Made by a program: the position numbers and the translations under genes. This document shows, piece after piece, positions 10,270-19,132 of a stretch of DNA of 64,000 bases. The notes below the pieces were generated by a model. The model was not told the origin of the DNA and did not search any database. It was given only the letters and a program-made list of their open reading frames with translations. The DNA is taken from the IMG/VR virus record IMGVR_UViG_3300028008_000005, positions 1 through 64,000 of that record; one strand, 5' to 3'. Each line of letters opens with the position of its first letter. Position 1 is the first letter of the stretch. This DNA comes from a virus.

Positions 10270-10340
10270 TAATGAGATGCGGAATGGTCCGGTCTCATTA
10301 TACTACTAACCTTGCTATAGAATAGGAGGTCATTCACATG
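10270..10340 (+). promoter_or_regulatory. ROSE-like RNA thermometer in the hsp20 5' UTR
   Basis: Hairpin 1 TAATGAGA/TCTCATTA (10270-10300); hairpin 2 CCTTGCTAT-AGA-ATAGGAGG pairs UUGCU (bulged G) with the Shine-Dalgarno. Confidence 0.65.
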
Positions 10341-10811
10341 ACACTACAGCACTTTCCCACAATGGGACCATCTTTTATCGGATTCGATCGATTAATTAAC
10401 CAACTCGAAAGATCCGGTAACTATAAAGATACATATCCACCCCACAACTTAATTCGTAAAAGCGAAGATGAATTTTCAATCGAGCTTGCAGTAGCGGGAT
10501 TTAGTTCCAGTGATATTGATATCCAAGTAGCTAATGGGGTATTAACTATATCTTCAGACTCACAAAAAACTGTGAGTAGCCTAGACAATCAGCCAGACTA
10601 TATCCACAAAGGTATATCGAATAAGCAGTTTCGTCGAAGCTTTAATTTAGCTGAATATATAGAAGTAAAGCAAGCTGGATATCAAGACGGTATTCTGACG
10701 GTAGATTTAATCAGGGTAATACCTGAAGAAAAGAAGCCTAAGAAAATCCCCATTGATACCTACGTAAGTCTTGCGAACTCTGCAGCAGCGGAGTTACTAA
10801 CTGAGAGTTAA
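10338..10811 (+). CDS. Small heat shock protein (Hsp20/IbpA family)
   Basis: FIGFD, YPPHN, IELAVAGF, YIHKGIS.KQF.RSF.L, DGILTVDL...PEEKKPKKI. Confidence 0.93.
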   Translation: MTLQHFPTMGPSFIGFDRLINQLERSGNYKDTYPPHNLIRKSEDEFSIELAVAGFSSSDIDIQVANGVLTISSDSQKTVSSLDNQPDYIHKGISNKQFRRSFNLAEYIEVKQAGYQDGILTVDLIRVIPEEKKPKKIPIDTYVSLANSAAAELLTES

Positions 10812-10817
10812 TATATT

Positions 10818-11141
10818 ATGAGCAAAAAACCCCGGTATCGCTTTCCCAATCATCCGCAAGGATCAATTGCAGAAAAGATTAAGAGAAGGCGTTTGCAGAT
10901 ACTAATTCACTCGTGTATATATTATGTGCTAGATGATAATATTATTGCTGATGATACATTTGACACATGGAGTAAAGAATTAGTAAAACTAATGAAAGAA
11001 AACCCAGACGCATACTCCGATCGGTTTGATAAGGAATTCAAGGATTGGGATGGCGCTACCGGGTACGATTTACGACTAAGAGACCCGTGGGTAATAAGTA
11101 CTGCCCAATATATACTAAACCTAGAGAGAAATAAAAAATGA
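10818..11141 (+). CDS. Stand-alone protein resembling domain Ia of NAD+-dependent DNA ligase
   Basis: HSCIYYVLDDNIIADDTFDTWSKELVKL resembles the LigA Ia pattern H..LYY..D.P.I.D.EYD.L..EL..L; no KxDG motif. Confidence 0.6.
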   Translation: MSKKPRYRFPNHPQGSIAEKIKRRRLQILIHSCIYYVLDDNIIADDTFDTWSKELVKLMKENPDAYSDRFDKEFKDWDGATGYDLRLRDPWVISTAQYILNLERNKK

Positions 11142-11422
11142 ATGATGTGAAAGTTATACGATTGTTTTCAGGCGAAGAAGTAATCTGTTTTGGAAAAGAA
11201 GTTGATGGAGGTTGGTCAATAGAAAAGCCTGGTATGCTAGTTCCAACAGAAAAGGGAGTTGGTATTATGGGTATGATGCCCTATACTACAATAGAGGAAG
11301 AAACTACTTTTATTAAAGATTCAATGATCGGCTTTGTAACAAACCCCGTATCAGGCCTTGAGGAACAGTTCCGATCGATTAATCAAACTATTATTGCCCC
11401 CGAGAAAAAGATATTATTATAG
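11138..11422 (+). CDS. Conserved hypothetical protein (Sm-like fold likely)
   Basis: VKVIRLFSGEEVI...MPY pattern of the small gene often preceding 43 in T4-like phages. Confidence 0.6.
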   Translation: MNDVKVIRLFSGEEVICFGKEVDGGWSIEKPGMLVPTEKGVGIMGMMPYTTIEEETTFIKDSMIGFVTNPVSGLEEQFRSINQTIIAPEKKILL

Positions 11423-11481
11423 TTTACATCTCCTTAGAATTGTGGTATAATAGTATATATTATTAAGAATGGAGATACACT

Positions 11482-13977
11482 TTGAGCTTTTACACCTCAG
11501 TTGCACGGTACGGGAATTCTCTCCTGTATCGTGGCTATAATGATTCTGGACGTCGTGTCCAAAAGAAAGTAAAGTTTAAGCCTACGCTTTACATCCCATC
11601 AAATAAAGAACTTGGCTGGAAGTCCATAGACGGTCGCGATGTGGCTCCTATGGTTTTCGACTCTATGCGTGACGCTAAAGAGTTTTCAGACCGATATAAA
11701 GACGTCTCTGACTTTAAGGTATATGGTACACAAAACTATATTCACCAATATATTACTGAGACCTTTCCCGATGAATTGGTATTCAATCGCGCCTTTATAA
11801 ACGTTTGCTCTATCGATATAGAGGTAGAGTCAGACGACGGCTTCCCCTATCCGGAAGATGCCTTAAAGCCAATTAATGCTATTTGCGTAAAGAATAACGT
11901 AGACAACATATACCACGTATGGGGTTTAGGTAAATATTCTGTCTCTGAATCAGAGCACGGTGATAAGATTAAGATTAGTTATACAGAATGTGCTTCAGAA
12001 CGTGAACTACTAACTAACTACCTTAATTGGTGGTCTCGCGAAGAAAACTGCCCAGACGTAGTAACAGGTTGGAATTCCAGGCTATTCGATATACCTTACA
12101 TTGTTAATCGTATCGGTCGGGTCTTTGGTGAGGATACTGCTAAGCAACTAAGCCCTTGGGGATTAGTCCAATATAAGCAGATCGCTATCAAAGGTAAGCA
12201 GATGGACACCTACGATATATCTGGCGTTCAGCAGATGGATTACCTTGATCTATTCCAAAAGTTTGGCTATTCGTACGGTGCTCAAGAATCCTATAAGCTT
12301 GATCATATTGCCCACGTAGTTCTTGGGGAACGTAAAGTCGACTACTCAGAATACGGTTCGCTATACACTTTATATAAAGAAGACCACCAAAAGTTTATTG
12401 ACTATAACATTAAAGACGTAGAGCTCATCGATCGCTTTGAAGAAAAGATGGGTCTAATTACTTTGGCTATGACCATAGCATATAAGGGTGGCGTAAACTA
12501 CTCCGACACTATGGGGACAACTGCTATATGGGATTCAATTGTATTCCGTGAGCTCAAGCGTCGTAAGGTAGTACCGCCACCTATGGAACCTAAGCAAACC
12601 AGATCCTTTGCGGGCGGTTATGTTAAAGCTCCACACATTGGACTACATGATTGGGTGGTTTCCTTTGACCTTGCATCCCTGTATCCTAACCTAATCGTAC
12701 AGTACAATATGTCTCCAGAAACTCTACAGCAAGAAACTGTAGAAGGCGGTGTAGACCACTATCTAGAAAAAACCGAAAGAGTGGAATCGCAGCATTCTGT
12801 TGCAGCTAATGGATCTACATATACTAAATCCCAGCAAGGCGTATTACCAAACATTATTGTTAATTACTACGATGAACGTAAACAAGTAAAAAACGAAATG
12901 CTTGCTGCAAAACAGGAATATGAAAAGAATCCATCGATTAAGTTAGAACGCCAGATTAATCAATTAGAAAATCGCCAGATGGCTATTAAGATTCTACTTA
13001 ACAGTCTCTATGGCGCTATCGGTAATGCTTACTTCCGATACTTCGATCTTAGAATAGCGGAAGGTATTACCCTGACCGGGCAACTGGCTATTCGGTGGGC
13101 AGAAAAAGCTGTTAACAAAGAAATGAATAAAATACTTGGAACCGAGGACGCTGATTATGTTATTGCCATCGATACTGATTCTGTTTATGTTAACTTTGGA
13201 AAGCTTGTTAACAAATTTAACCCCGTTGACCCAGTTGCATTCTTGGATAAGATCTGCTCTGATCACTTCGAACCAGTATTCGAACGATCCTATGGTAGCC
13301 TTGCTGAGATAACAAACGCCTATGATAACCGTATGGTTATGGATCGTGAAGCTATAGCCGATATCGGTATATGGCAGGCTAAGAAACGCTACATCCTTAA
13401 CGTACACAATAACGAAGGTGTACAATATGCTGAACCTAAGCTTAAGATTATGGGCATCGAAGCTATTAAGTCTTCAACCCCTGCAGAAGTTCGTAAAGCT
13501 CTAAAGGATATATTCAAAGTAATTGTAACTGGATCGGAACCTGCTACCCAAAAAGCTATAGCAGACTTTAAAGACTACTTCCTTACCCTACCTCCAGAAG
13601 AGGTATCTTTTCCTCGCGGGGTTAACGATATAACTAAGTGGAAGAGTAACACCACGGTCTATACCAAAGGATGTCCTATCCATGTTCGTGGCAGTCTCCT
13701 ATATAATAAGTGTGTTAAAGAAAAAGGTTTGGAGAAGAAATACGAACTTATCAAGAGCGGGGAAAAGATTAAGTTTTGCTATCTTAAGACCCCAAACACC
13801 CTTAGAGAAAACGTTATCTCTTTCCCCATGTACTTCCCGCCAGAACTGCAGCTCACCCAATATATAGACTACAACAAACAATTCGAAAAAACATTTCTGG
13901 ATCCAATTATACCTATTCTCGAGTCTATTGGCTGGACTCATGAAGAAGTTAACACCCTTGAATCCTTCTTTAGCTAA
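11482..13977 (+). CDS. 43: Family B DNA polymerase (gp43)
   Basis: Exo motifs DIEV, GWNSRLFDIPY, YNIKD; pol motifs SFDLASLYP, KILLNSLYG, IDTDS, KKRY; TTG start after GGAG; no intein apparent. Confidence 0.97.
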   Translation: MSFYTSVARYGNSLLYRGYNDSGRRVQKKVKFKPTLYIPSNKELGWKSIDGRDVAPMVFDSMRDAKEFSDRYKDVSDFKVYGTQNYIHQYITETFPDELVFNRAFINVCSIDIEVESDDGFPYPEDALKPINAICVKNNVDNIYHVWGLGKYSVSESEHGDKIKISYTECASERELLTNYLNWWSREENCPDVVTGWNSRLFDIPYIVNRIGRVFGEDTAKQLSPWGLVQYKQIAIKGKQMDTYDISGVQQMDYLDLFQKFGYSYGAQESYKLDHIAHVVLGERKVDYSEYGSLYTLYKEDHQKFIDYNIKDVELIDRFEEKMGLITLAMTIAYKGGVNYSDTMGTTAIWDSIVFRELKRRKVVPPPMEPKQTRSFAGGYVKAPHIGLHDWVVSFDLASLYPNLIVQYNMSPETLQQETVEGGVDHYLEKTERVESQHSVAANGSTYTKSQQGVLPNIIVNYYDERKQVKNEMLAAKQEYEKNPSIKLERQINQLENRQMAIKILLNSLYGAIGNAYFRYFDLRIAEGITLTGQLAIRWAEKAVNKEMNKILGTEDADYVIAIDTDSVYVNFGKLVNKFNPVDPVAFLDKICSDHFEPVFERSYGSLAEITNAYDNRMVMDREAIADIGIWQAKKRYILNVHNNEGVQYAEPKLKIMGIEAIKSSTPAEVRKALKDIFKVIVTGSEPATQKAIADFKDYFLTLPPEEVSFPRGVNDITKWKSNTTVYTKGCPIHVRGSLLYNKCVKEKGLEKKYELIKSGEKIKFCYLKTPNTLRENVISFPMYFPPELQLTQYIDYNKQFEKTFLDPIIPILESIGWTHEEVNTLESFFS

Positions 13978-14032
13978 GGGTTTACATTTTTATGGTATTA
14001 TGGTATAATAGATCTATTCAAAGGAGATATAA

Positions 14033-14452
14033 ATGACAACAGAATGGGTACAAGATATTAATGATATGCACCGTAAGTATGGTGTACACGGATGGGTAAG
14101 CAAGAAGCTTGTTACTAAAGACAAAGAATCCCTTCGTAAGTTTCTGGAATTTCGAATTAACTTCCTAGTAGAAGAACTACAAGAAACCCAGAAAGCTTTC
14201 TCAGAGGGTGATTCAGAAGAAGTTGTAGATGGGCTTATTGACCTATGCGTTGTAGCTATAGGCACACTTGACGCCTTCGGGATCGATGCTGATAAAGCTT
14301 GGAATAAAGTTCATTGTGCTAATATGAACAAACTCATCGGTATTAAGGAAAGCAGACCTAACCCGCTAGGACTTCCAGATCTTATTAAGCCCGATGGTTG
14401 GAAAGCACCAGACCATAAAGATAATCACGGATATTTAAAAGAAACCTTTTAA
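14033..14452 (+). CDS. MazG/HisE-like all-alpha NTP pyrophosphohydrolase
   Basis: EEL.E...EEVVDGLIDL..VA.GT, VH.ANM.K, DLIKPDGW.APDH. Confidence 0.8.
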   Translation: MTTEWVQDINDMHRKYGVHGWVSKKLVTKDKESLRKFLEFRINFLVEELQETQKAFSEGDSEEVVDGLIDLCVVAIGTLDAFGIDADKAWNKVHCANMNKLIGIKESRPNPLGLPDLIKPDGWKAPDHKDNHGYLKETF

Positions 14453-15384
14453 TGGATATTTCTCTTACACTCTTTAGCTCTGTCTGGGACAACAAGACCC
14501 ACAGGCAAATGGATCTAAGTAGCTTCGACGAATTTGAAAAGCTATTATATGATTTGTCTAAGGTAGAGCTCAAAGACAAAAAATCTGCACAGCTAATCTC
14601 TCCAGCTTCCTATACAGATGGAACAACCAGATCGAATAAAAATGTTGAGGAGTGGTCAGGTTGGGCAGCTGTAGATGTAGATGATCTAGATTGCACAATG
14701 GAAACCCTAAATGATATACTTGATGAGCGCGTTGGTCTTTGGAAATATGTTTGTTATTCTACAGCAAGCTCGAAACCTGATCACCCAAAATTTCGTCTTG
14801 TCTTCGAACTTGACCGCCATATTAAGGCAGACAAGATCGGACATTTCTGGCATGCCCTCAACGCTGAGCTTGGATCAATCGGGGATAAACAAACTAAAGA
14901 CCTATCAAGAATGTACTATATCCCTGCGAAATATGCTAATAGTAACAACTTTATCTTCACTCATCATGGGGATGTTATCAATGTATCTGATTTACTTGCT
15001 AAGCACCCCTATGTAAGTAAGAAGAGTTCTAATACCCTCTTCGACAGTCTTCCTGAAGAAATGCAAAAAAAGATTATACAGCATCGTAAGGAACAGATGG
15101 TTAACACCGATATCAAATGGAACTCGTATCACGACTGCCCGTTTGTTAACAAAAGACTTATTGCTGAATATAAAACCATATCTGAAACCGGTTGGTATCA
15201 CAAGATGTACCAGCTTATGGTATCCATATCAGCTAATGCACTTAAGAAAGAATACCCTATTACTGTACAAGAGGTTGCTACACTTTGCAAAGAGCTAGAT
15301 CTTGAGACTGGTAATTGGTATGCAAATCGACCACTTGATAAAGAGGCAGAGAGAGCTATAGAGTTCGTCTATGGGAATATGTAA
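14452..15384 (+). CDS. Archaeo-eukaryotic primase (AEP/prim-pol) family protein with helical C-terminal domain
   Basis: AVDVDD (DxD), YSTASS...PKFRLVF.L.R, D.QTKDLSRMYYIP motifs typical of phage prim-pol domains. Confidence 0.75.
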   Translation: MDISLTLFSSVWDNKTHRQMDLSSFDEFEKLLYDLSKVELKDKKSAQLISPASYTDGTTRSNKNVEEWSGWAAVDVDDLDCTMETLNDILDERVGLWKYVCYSTASSKPDHPKFRLVFELDRHIKADKIGHFWHALNAELGSIGDKQTKDLSRMYYIPAKYANSNNFIFTHHGDVINVSDLLAKHPYVSKKSSNTLFDSLPEEMQKKIIQHRKEQMVNTDIKWNSYHDCPFVNKRLIAEYKTISETGWYHKMYQLMVSISANALKKEYPITVQEVATLCKELDLETGNWYANRPLDKEAERAIEFVYGNM

Positions 15385-15848
15385 TGAAAGACTTTAATAT
15401 AAGAGATATTGATCCCGAATTATTAAGAAGTAGAGCAATTGCAGAAGGTAATAAGATCTACCAAGGAAGTACTCGCGGTAATAGAGATTTGCAAGAGGTT
15501 CTTACCACCTGCATGCACGGCCAAGCTGCAGAGATTTTCTTAATGAACCAGGGGTTTATTGACGACGATCGGGAATATAAAGATCTATTTGAACCTATCC
15601 GCCTAGGTGGGAATTCTATAGAGGTAAAGGTAACCTCTTTTGAAAACTATATTCCCTTTGTATTAAAGCGATGTGCATATAAGATACAATACAAAAACAT
15701 AAACCACCCTAAAAGAGTTTATCTTTTTATAAACGATAAAAAAAGTCCAACCTATTTCTTTAACGGAATATACGATTGGAACGATAGGGATTTACAATTC
15801 TTTAAAAATATGGTACAATATAACATTGTTACAGAGGAATCCTCATGA
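15384..15848 (+). CDS. Hypothetical protein, possible PD-(D/E)XK nuclease
   Basis: GQAAE...YKDL...IEVKVT spacing. Confidence 0.45.
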   Translation: MKDFNIRDIDPELLRSRAIAEGNKIYQGSTRGNRDLQEVLTTCMHGQAAEIFLMNQGFIDDDREYKDLFEPIRLGGNSIEVKVTSFENYIPFVLKRCAYKIQYKNINHPKRVYLFINDKKSPTYFFNGIYDWNDRDLQFFKNMVQYNIVTEESS

Positions 15849-16201
15849 AAGAATCGCTTAAGGTACTACAAGAATGTGCCGAAATCCAAGCTAAGAAGTC
15901 TAACGACTACCAGAACCCAAACTCACGTATAGTTCAAGCCGACTACTATCCCCGTGGTGTATCGACTATTCTCGATATTATTCACGGCAAGGTGCTTCGG
16001 CTACGATCTGTTACTGAAGCCATGGAATTGGATCCTTCATATACTCCCAATTACGAATCCGTAGAAGATTCGGCTAAAGACCTAATTAACTATGCATCCT
16101 TTCTAGTTGCTTATTCTAGGGGTCAAATCCCTGGTCAAGACCCCTCCAATGACTTCCTAAATCGTCCGCTACAGCAAGTTAACACATCTCCTGAAGATTA
16201 G
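15845..16201 (+). CDS. Nucleotide modification-associated domain protein (DUF1599/Nmad1-like)
   Basis: KKSNDY...K.LRL.S...ESVEDS..DLINYA pattern. Confidence 0.7.
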   Translation: MKESLKVLQECAEIQAKKSNDYQNPNSRIVQADYYPRGVSTILDIIHGKVLRLRSVTEAMELDPSYTPNYESVEDSAKDLINYASFLVAYSRGQIPGQDPSNDFLNRPLQQVNTSPED

Positions 16202-16214
16202 TCAGAGCCCTAAG

Positions 16215-16300
16215 CGTTACGATTTATGACGATTTAGGGGTATACATCAGGTCTATTATAGGGTATAATACTCATATAAATTAAACAAAGGACCAAATTT
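16215..16300 (+). promoter_or_regulatory. Early promoter cassette
   Basis: CGTTACGATTTATGACGATTT 16215-16235; TATACA 16241-16246; TATAAT 16264-16269; leader ACTCATATAAATTAAACAAAGGACCAA. Confidence 0.8.
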
Positions 16301-16831
16301 ATGGCTATAGATCGAATAGAGTATGACAAAGCTTCTAGACTCCGTAACTTTTACTACGGTGATGAAGACTATAAGCTTATCGGGTCTATTAACAAGATCC
16401 AGTGCTTTGTCTCTGTTCAGGACGAGGTCATGATGGACGTGACCTTTGTCTCTCCCAAAAATTCTAAGTGTGGTTACACCGTTTGTGAAATCGGTCTAAC
16501 TCGGGGAAACGACGAAAACCCAGTTTGGGGAATAGATATTACCCGTGTGGATTCACGTTTTCAGGGACACGGTCTTGCTCCTAAGTTCTATAAGTTCTTA
16601 ATCTCTAAGCTTGGTATTACACTTAAAGCTGGATCTATGCAGTCACCCGGTGGACGAATTATTTGGACTCAGCTATCTAACCTAAACAATGTAACAGTCT
16701 ATGCTAAGACTAAAAATGGCAAACCCTATCATGTAGATTCAAACGACGAAGGAACAGAATTAGTCTCTTCCGGTCGTTACCAGATCTATGATGGGAAATC
16801 TGAAACTGAGCTATTCGCCTTCGCGGCTTAA
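16301..16831 (+). CDS. GNAT-family acetyltransferase-like protein
   Basis: Acetyl-CoA motif A VDSRFQGHGLA..FY; QSPGG..IW. Confidence 0.7.
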   Translation: MAIDRIEYDKASRLRNFYYGDEDYKLIGSINKIQCFVSVQDEVMMDVTFVSPKNSKCGYTVCEIGLTRGNDENPVWGIDITRVDSRFQGHGLAPKFYKFLISKLGITLKAGSMQSPGGRIIWTQLSNLNNVTVYAKTKNGKPYHVDSNDEGTELVSSGRYQIYDGKSETELFAFAA

Positions 16832-16844
16832 AGGAAATTATATT

Positions 16845-17030
16845 ATGAATGATTATTTTGAAAAATGTATGCAAGCAGATCGACACGTTGTTAGCGGTAA
16901 GCAAATTATGGAATGGGTTACAGAGTCTCTTAAGAGCAAGCCTATGCTAAGCAGCTTAGATGAGGTTAACCTAAAAATGGCTATTGATTGGATTGAAGGA
17001 GCGCAGGAATACCTTGACTCTACCAGTTAA
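16845..17030 (+). CDS. Hypothetical protein
   Basis: ATG after AAGGA, in early operon. Confidence 0.6.
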   Translation: MNDYFEKCMQADRHVVSGKQIMEWVTESLKSKPMLSSLDEVNLKMAIDWIEGAQEYLDSTS

Positions 17031-17063
17031 GTTGTTTTTAAAAGTATTACGGTGGATAGAATA

Positions 17064-17222
17064 ATGGAAAGAGAATTGATGGAAGTCTTAGCAGGAGGAC
17101 TCTTTATATTGTCTTGCTGCTACATGGGGTTTGCTCTTACGATGTACTATAAAGCCTCTAAAAATAATAGGAAGCTTTATGATAAAAGCAATGTTAAATA
17201 TCGTGATGGAGACAACACATGA
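17064..17222 (+). CDS. Small membrane protein (52 aa)
   Basis: Read manually: MERELMEVLAGGLFILSCCYMGFALTMYYK...; one hydrophobic helix; ATGA overlap with next gene. Confidence 0.55.
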   Translation: MERELMEVLAGGLFILSCCYMGFALTMYYKASKNNRKLYDKSNVKYRDGDNT

Positions 17223-17500
17223 AGCATAAAGTAAAAGGTAACAGAGACTACGCTGCTCAAGCTAACAAGCTAATAAGAAACCTTAATTTTAATAAAAAAT
17301 ACGAACTCTATGAAATCGTAACTTCTAAGCTTAAGTATCCTATGCATCTTGATGATGTGCGTCTATGTGAGCTTGAAGCAGTTAAGATAGCAATAGAGGA
17401 ATCAAAGAATATTGATTCAGATCGATTAGCTGGTATTGTTCGCGGTTACGGCACTATGGCTACAGAGGGTAAGCCGGGGAAAGCTCGGTACGGTGAATGA
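17219..17500 (+). CDS. Hypothetical protein
   Basis: GGAGA RBS; tight operon packing. Confidence 0.6.
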   Translation: MKHKVKGNRDYAAQANKLIRNLNFNKKYELYEIVTSKLKYPMHLDDVRLCELEAVKIAIEESKNIDSDRLAGIVRGYGTMATEGKPGKARYGE

Positions 17501-17595
17501 AAATAAAAATAGAAGTTGAAATAGATACCACAGAGGATCGTGACGAGATATTATATTTAATTGAACTGCTTAAAGATATTAAAGAGGCACAATAA
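17497..17595 (+). CDS. Small hypothetical protein (32 aa)
   Basis: Read manually: MKIKIEVEIDTTEDRDEILYLIELLKDIKEAQ; overlaps neighbours by ATGA/TAATG. Confidence 0.55.
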   Translation: MKIKIEVEIDTTEDRDEILYLIELLKDIKEAQ

Positions 17596-17777
17596 TGAAT
17601 TATCCAACATTCCAAAAGGTTATTGACGACCTAGACAAGTCTTATAAGGCGAATCAAGGATTTGCTAATAGATGGAATCCTTACGATCTTGGTAAGTTTA
17701 CTGTAACTTGGGAAGATGCTGGTTTATCCTATGAAGGTACTATACAGATATGCACGAAGCTTTCGTTAAAAGATTAA
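17595..17777 (+). CDS. Hypothetical protein
   Basis: GAGG RBS; operon packing. Confidence 0.5.
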   Translation: MNYPTFQKVIDDLDKSYKANQGFANRWNPYDLGKFTVTWEDAGLSYEGTIQICTKLSLKD

Positions 17778-17959
17778 TTAATAATTTCGATGGTAAGCGT
17801 TATATTGCTTTAACGATTGCCTATCAAGAATTCGATCTACCAGATACTTTCTGGAAGTCGATAATTCAGGATGACTTTGGAATGGCTGCAACAATCCTTC
17901 TAAATAAGTATCCTGGATATAAAGCAAACTTTATAGCTGAAACATTATGGGAAGGCTAA
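17750..17959 (+). CDS. Hypothetical protein
   Basis: ORF fills the gap before the next promoter; weak RBS. Confidence 0.45.
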   Translation: MHEAFVKRLINNFDGKRYIALTIAYQEFDLPDTFWKSIIQDDFGMAATILLNKYPGYKANFIAETLWEG

Positions 17960-18054
17960 AAAGTTGTTTACATTATACCAAAAGTATGGTATAATAAACT
18001 TATCTTACAAAATAAAGTAAGATTTTTAATATTAATATATAAGGTAAAAATGAT

Positions 18055-18333
18055 ATGAGTAAAGTAACAAAAGAGTCAAAAGTACTAGCAGCACTTCAAG
18101 CGAATACAGCTAAGGGCATAACAGCCGCTCAGATGACTTCACGCTTCGGTGTAGCAAATCCTACTGCAACAGTCACTGCCCTTCGACAGAAAGGCTTTGC
18201 AATCTACGCTAATAGCCGTACTAACAAAGGTGGAGAGACACGTACTTTCTATCGATTAGGTACACCATCAAAAGCAGTGGTAGCTGCTGGCTATAAAGCT
18301 CGCGCAGCAGGCGCTTTTTTCTCTGTTAGTTAA
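18055..18333 (+). CDS. Small basic winged-helix/HTH DNA-binding protein
   Basis: KVLAALQ...ITAAQMTSRFGVANPTATVTALRQKGFAIY...TFYRLG; own promoter and terminator. Confidence 0.7.
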   Translation: MSKVTKESKVLAALQANTAKGITAAQMTSRFGVANPTATVTALRQKGFAIYANSRTNKGGETRTFYRLGTPSKAVVAAGYKARAAGAFFSVS

Positions 18334-18346
18334 AAGCTAAACTCGG

Positions 18347-18380
18347 AGGGGGTTGGGGCTTATGCTCCAATCCCTTTTTT
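18347..18380 (+). terminator. Rho-independent terminator
   Basis: GGGGGTTGGGGC-TTAT-GCTCCAATCCC stem followed by T6. Confidence 0.75.
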
Positions 18381-18397
18381 GGTGTAAGGAGATTATT

Positions 18398-19132
18398 ATG
18401 AATAGAGTATCCGGGCGTACATTAAACGAAGGCTTAAGATCATTAAGATTACTCCTTCTTAACCAAGGATATGAAATAGCTACAGAAAGATGGCAAGGTA
18501 AAGAACAACCTCCTACCTTCTTAGAAATACTACACGCTGATCTTGTTGCTCCTATGTATATTTCACAGGGCCAAGCATCTGAAGGATGTCGTGCTACACA
18601 GCCTTGGGCAGATATACATTTCGAAGAACGCGTATCTGGTATACCCCACAATCCCCCACCGTCACATAAAATGTGGCTTAAAGATACAGAAGATTACCTA
18701 CAAGATAAAGCCTTCTCGCATTCCTATCCTGAGCGTATGTGGTGTAATACAGATACGAATGGTATTCGATTTAAGTACGGTAATCTTAACACAGCAGTAG
18801 AGCTACTCAAGAAAGAACCTAACACTCGACAGTGTTATATCCCTATGTGGTTTCCCGAAGATATTACAGCAGCAGCTCAAGGTGAACGAGTACCTTGTAC
18901 CCTTGGATGGCACTTCATGCTTCGTGGAGAAGAATTACATTGCTCTTATCATATGCGCTCTTGCGATGTAGCACGCCATTTACACAATGACTTATTCTTT
19001 GCAAACGCTTTATGTTTATGGCTTATAGATAAGTCTGGTATCCAAGCAAAGCCAGGCTATCTTCACTTCTCAGCCACTTCATTACATTGCTTTGCCAACG
19101 ATCGTTACGCATTGGAGAAACTAACTAAATAA
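18398..19132 (+). CDS. Thymidylate-synthase-fold pyrimidine-modifying enzyme (dCMP hydroxymethylase-like)
   Basis: TRQ, catalytic PC (RVPCT), MRSCDVARHLHNDL with Asp at the TS Asn177-equivalent position, SLH.F; ATG 18398 after AAGGAG. Confidence 0.8.
   Translation: MNRVSGRTLNEGLRSLRLLLLNQGYEIATERWQGKEQPPTFLEILHADLVAPMYISQGQASEGCRATQPWADIHFEERVSGIPHNPPPSHKMWLKDTEDYLQDKAFSHSYPERMWCNTDTNGIRFKYGNLNTAVELLKKEPNTRQCYIPMWFPEDITAAAQGERVPCTLGWHFMLRGEELHCSYHMRSCDVARHLHNDLFFANALCLWLIDKSGIQAKPGYLHFSATSLHCFANDRYALEKLTK

Noticed and set aside
17595-17959. Programmed frameshift joining two overlapping ORFs
   Set aside because: No slippery heptamer or stimulatory structure evident; could be two genes or a sequencing error.
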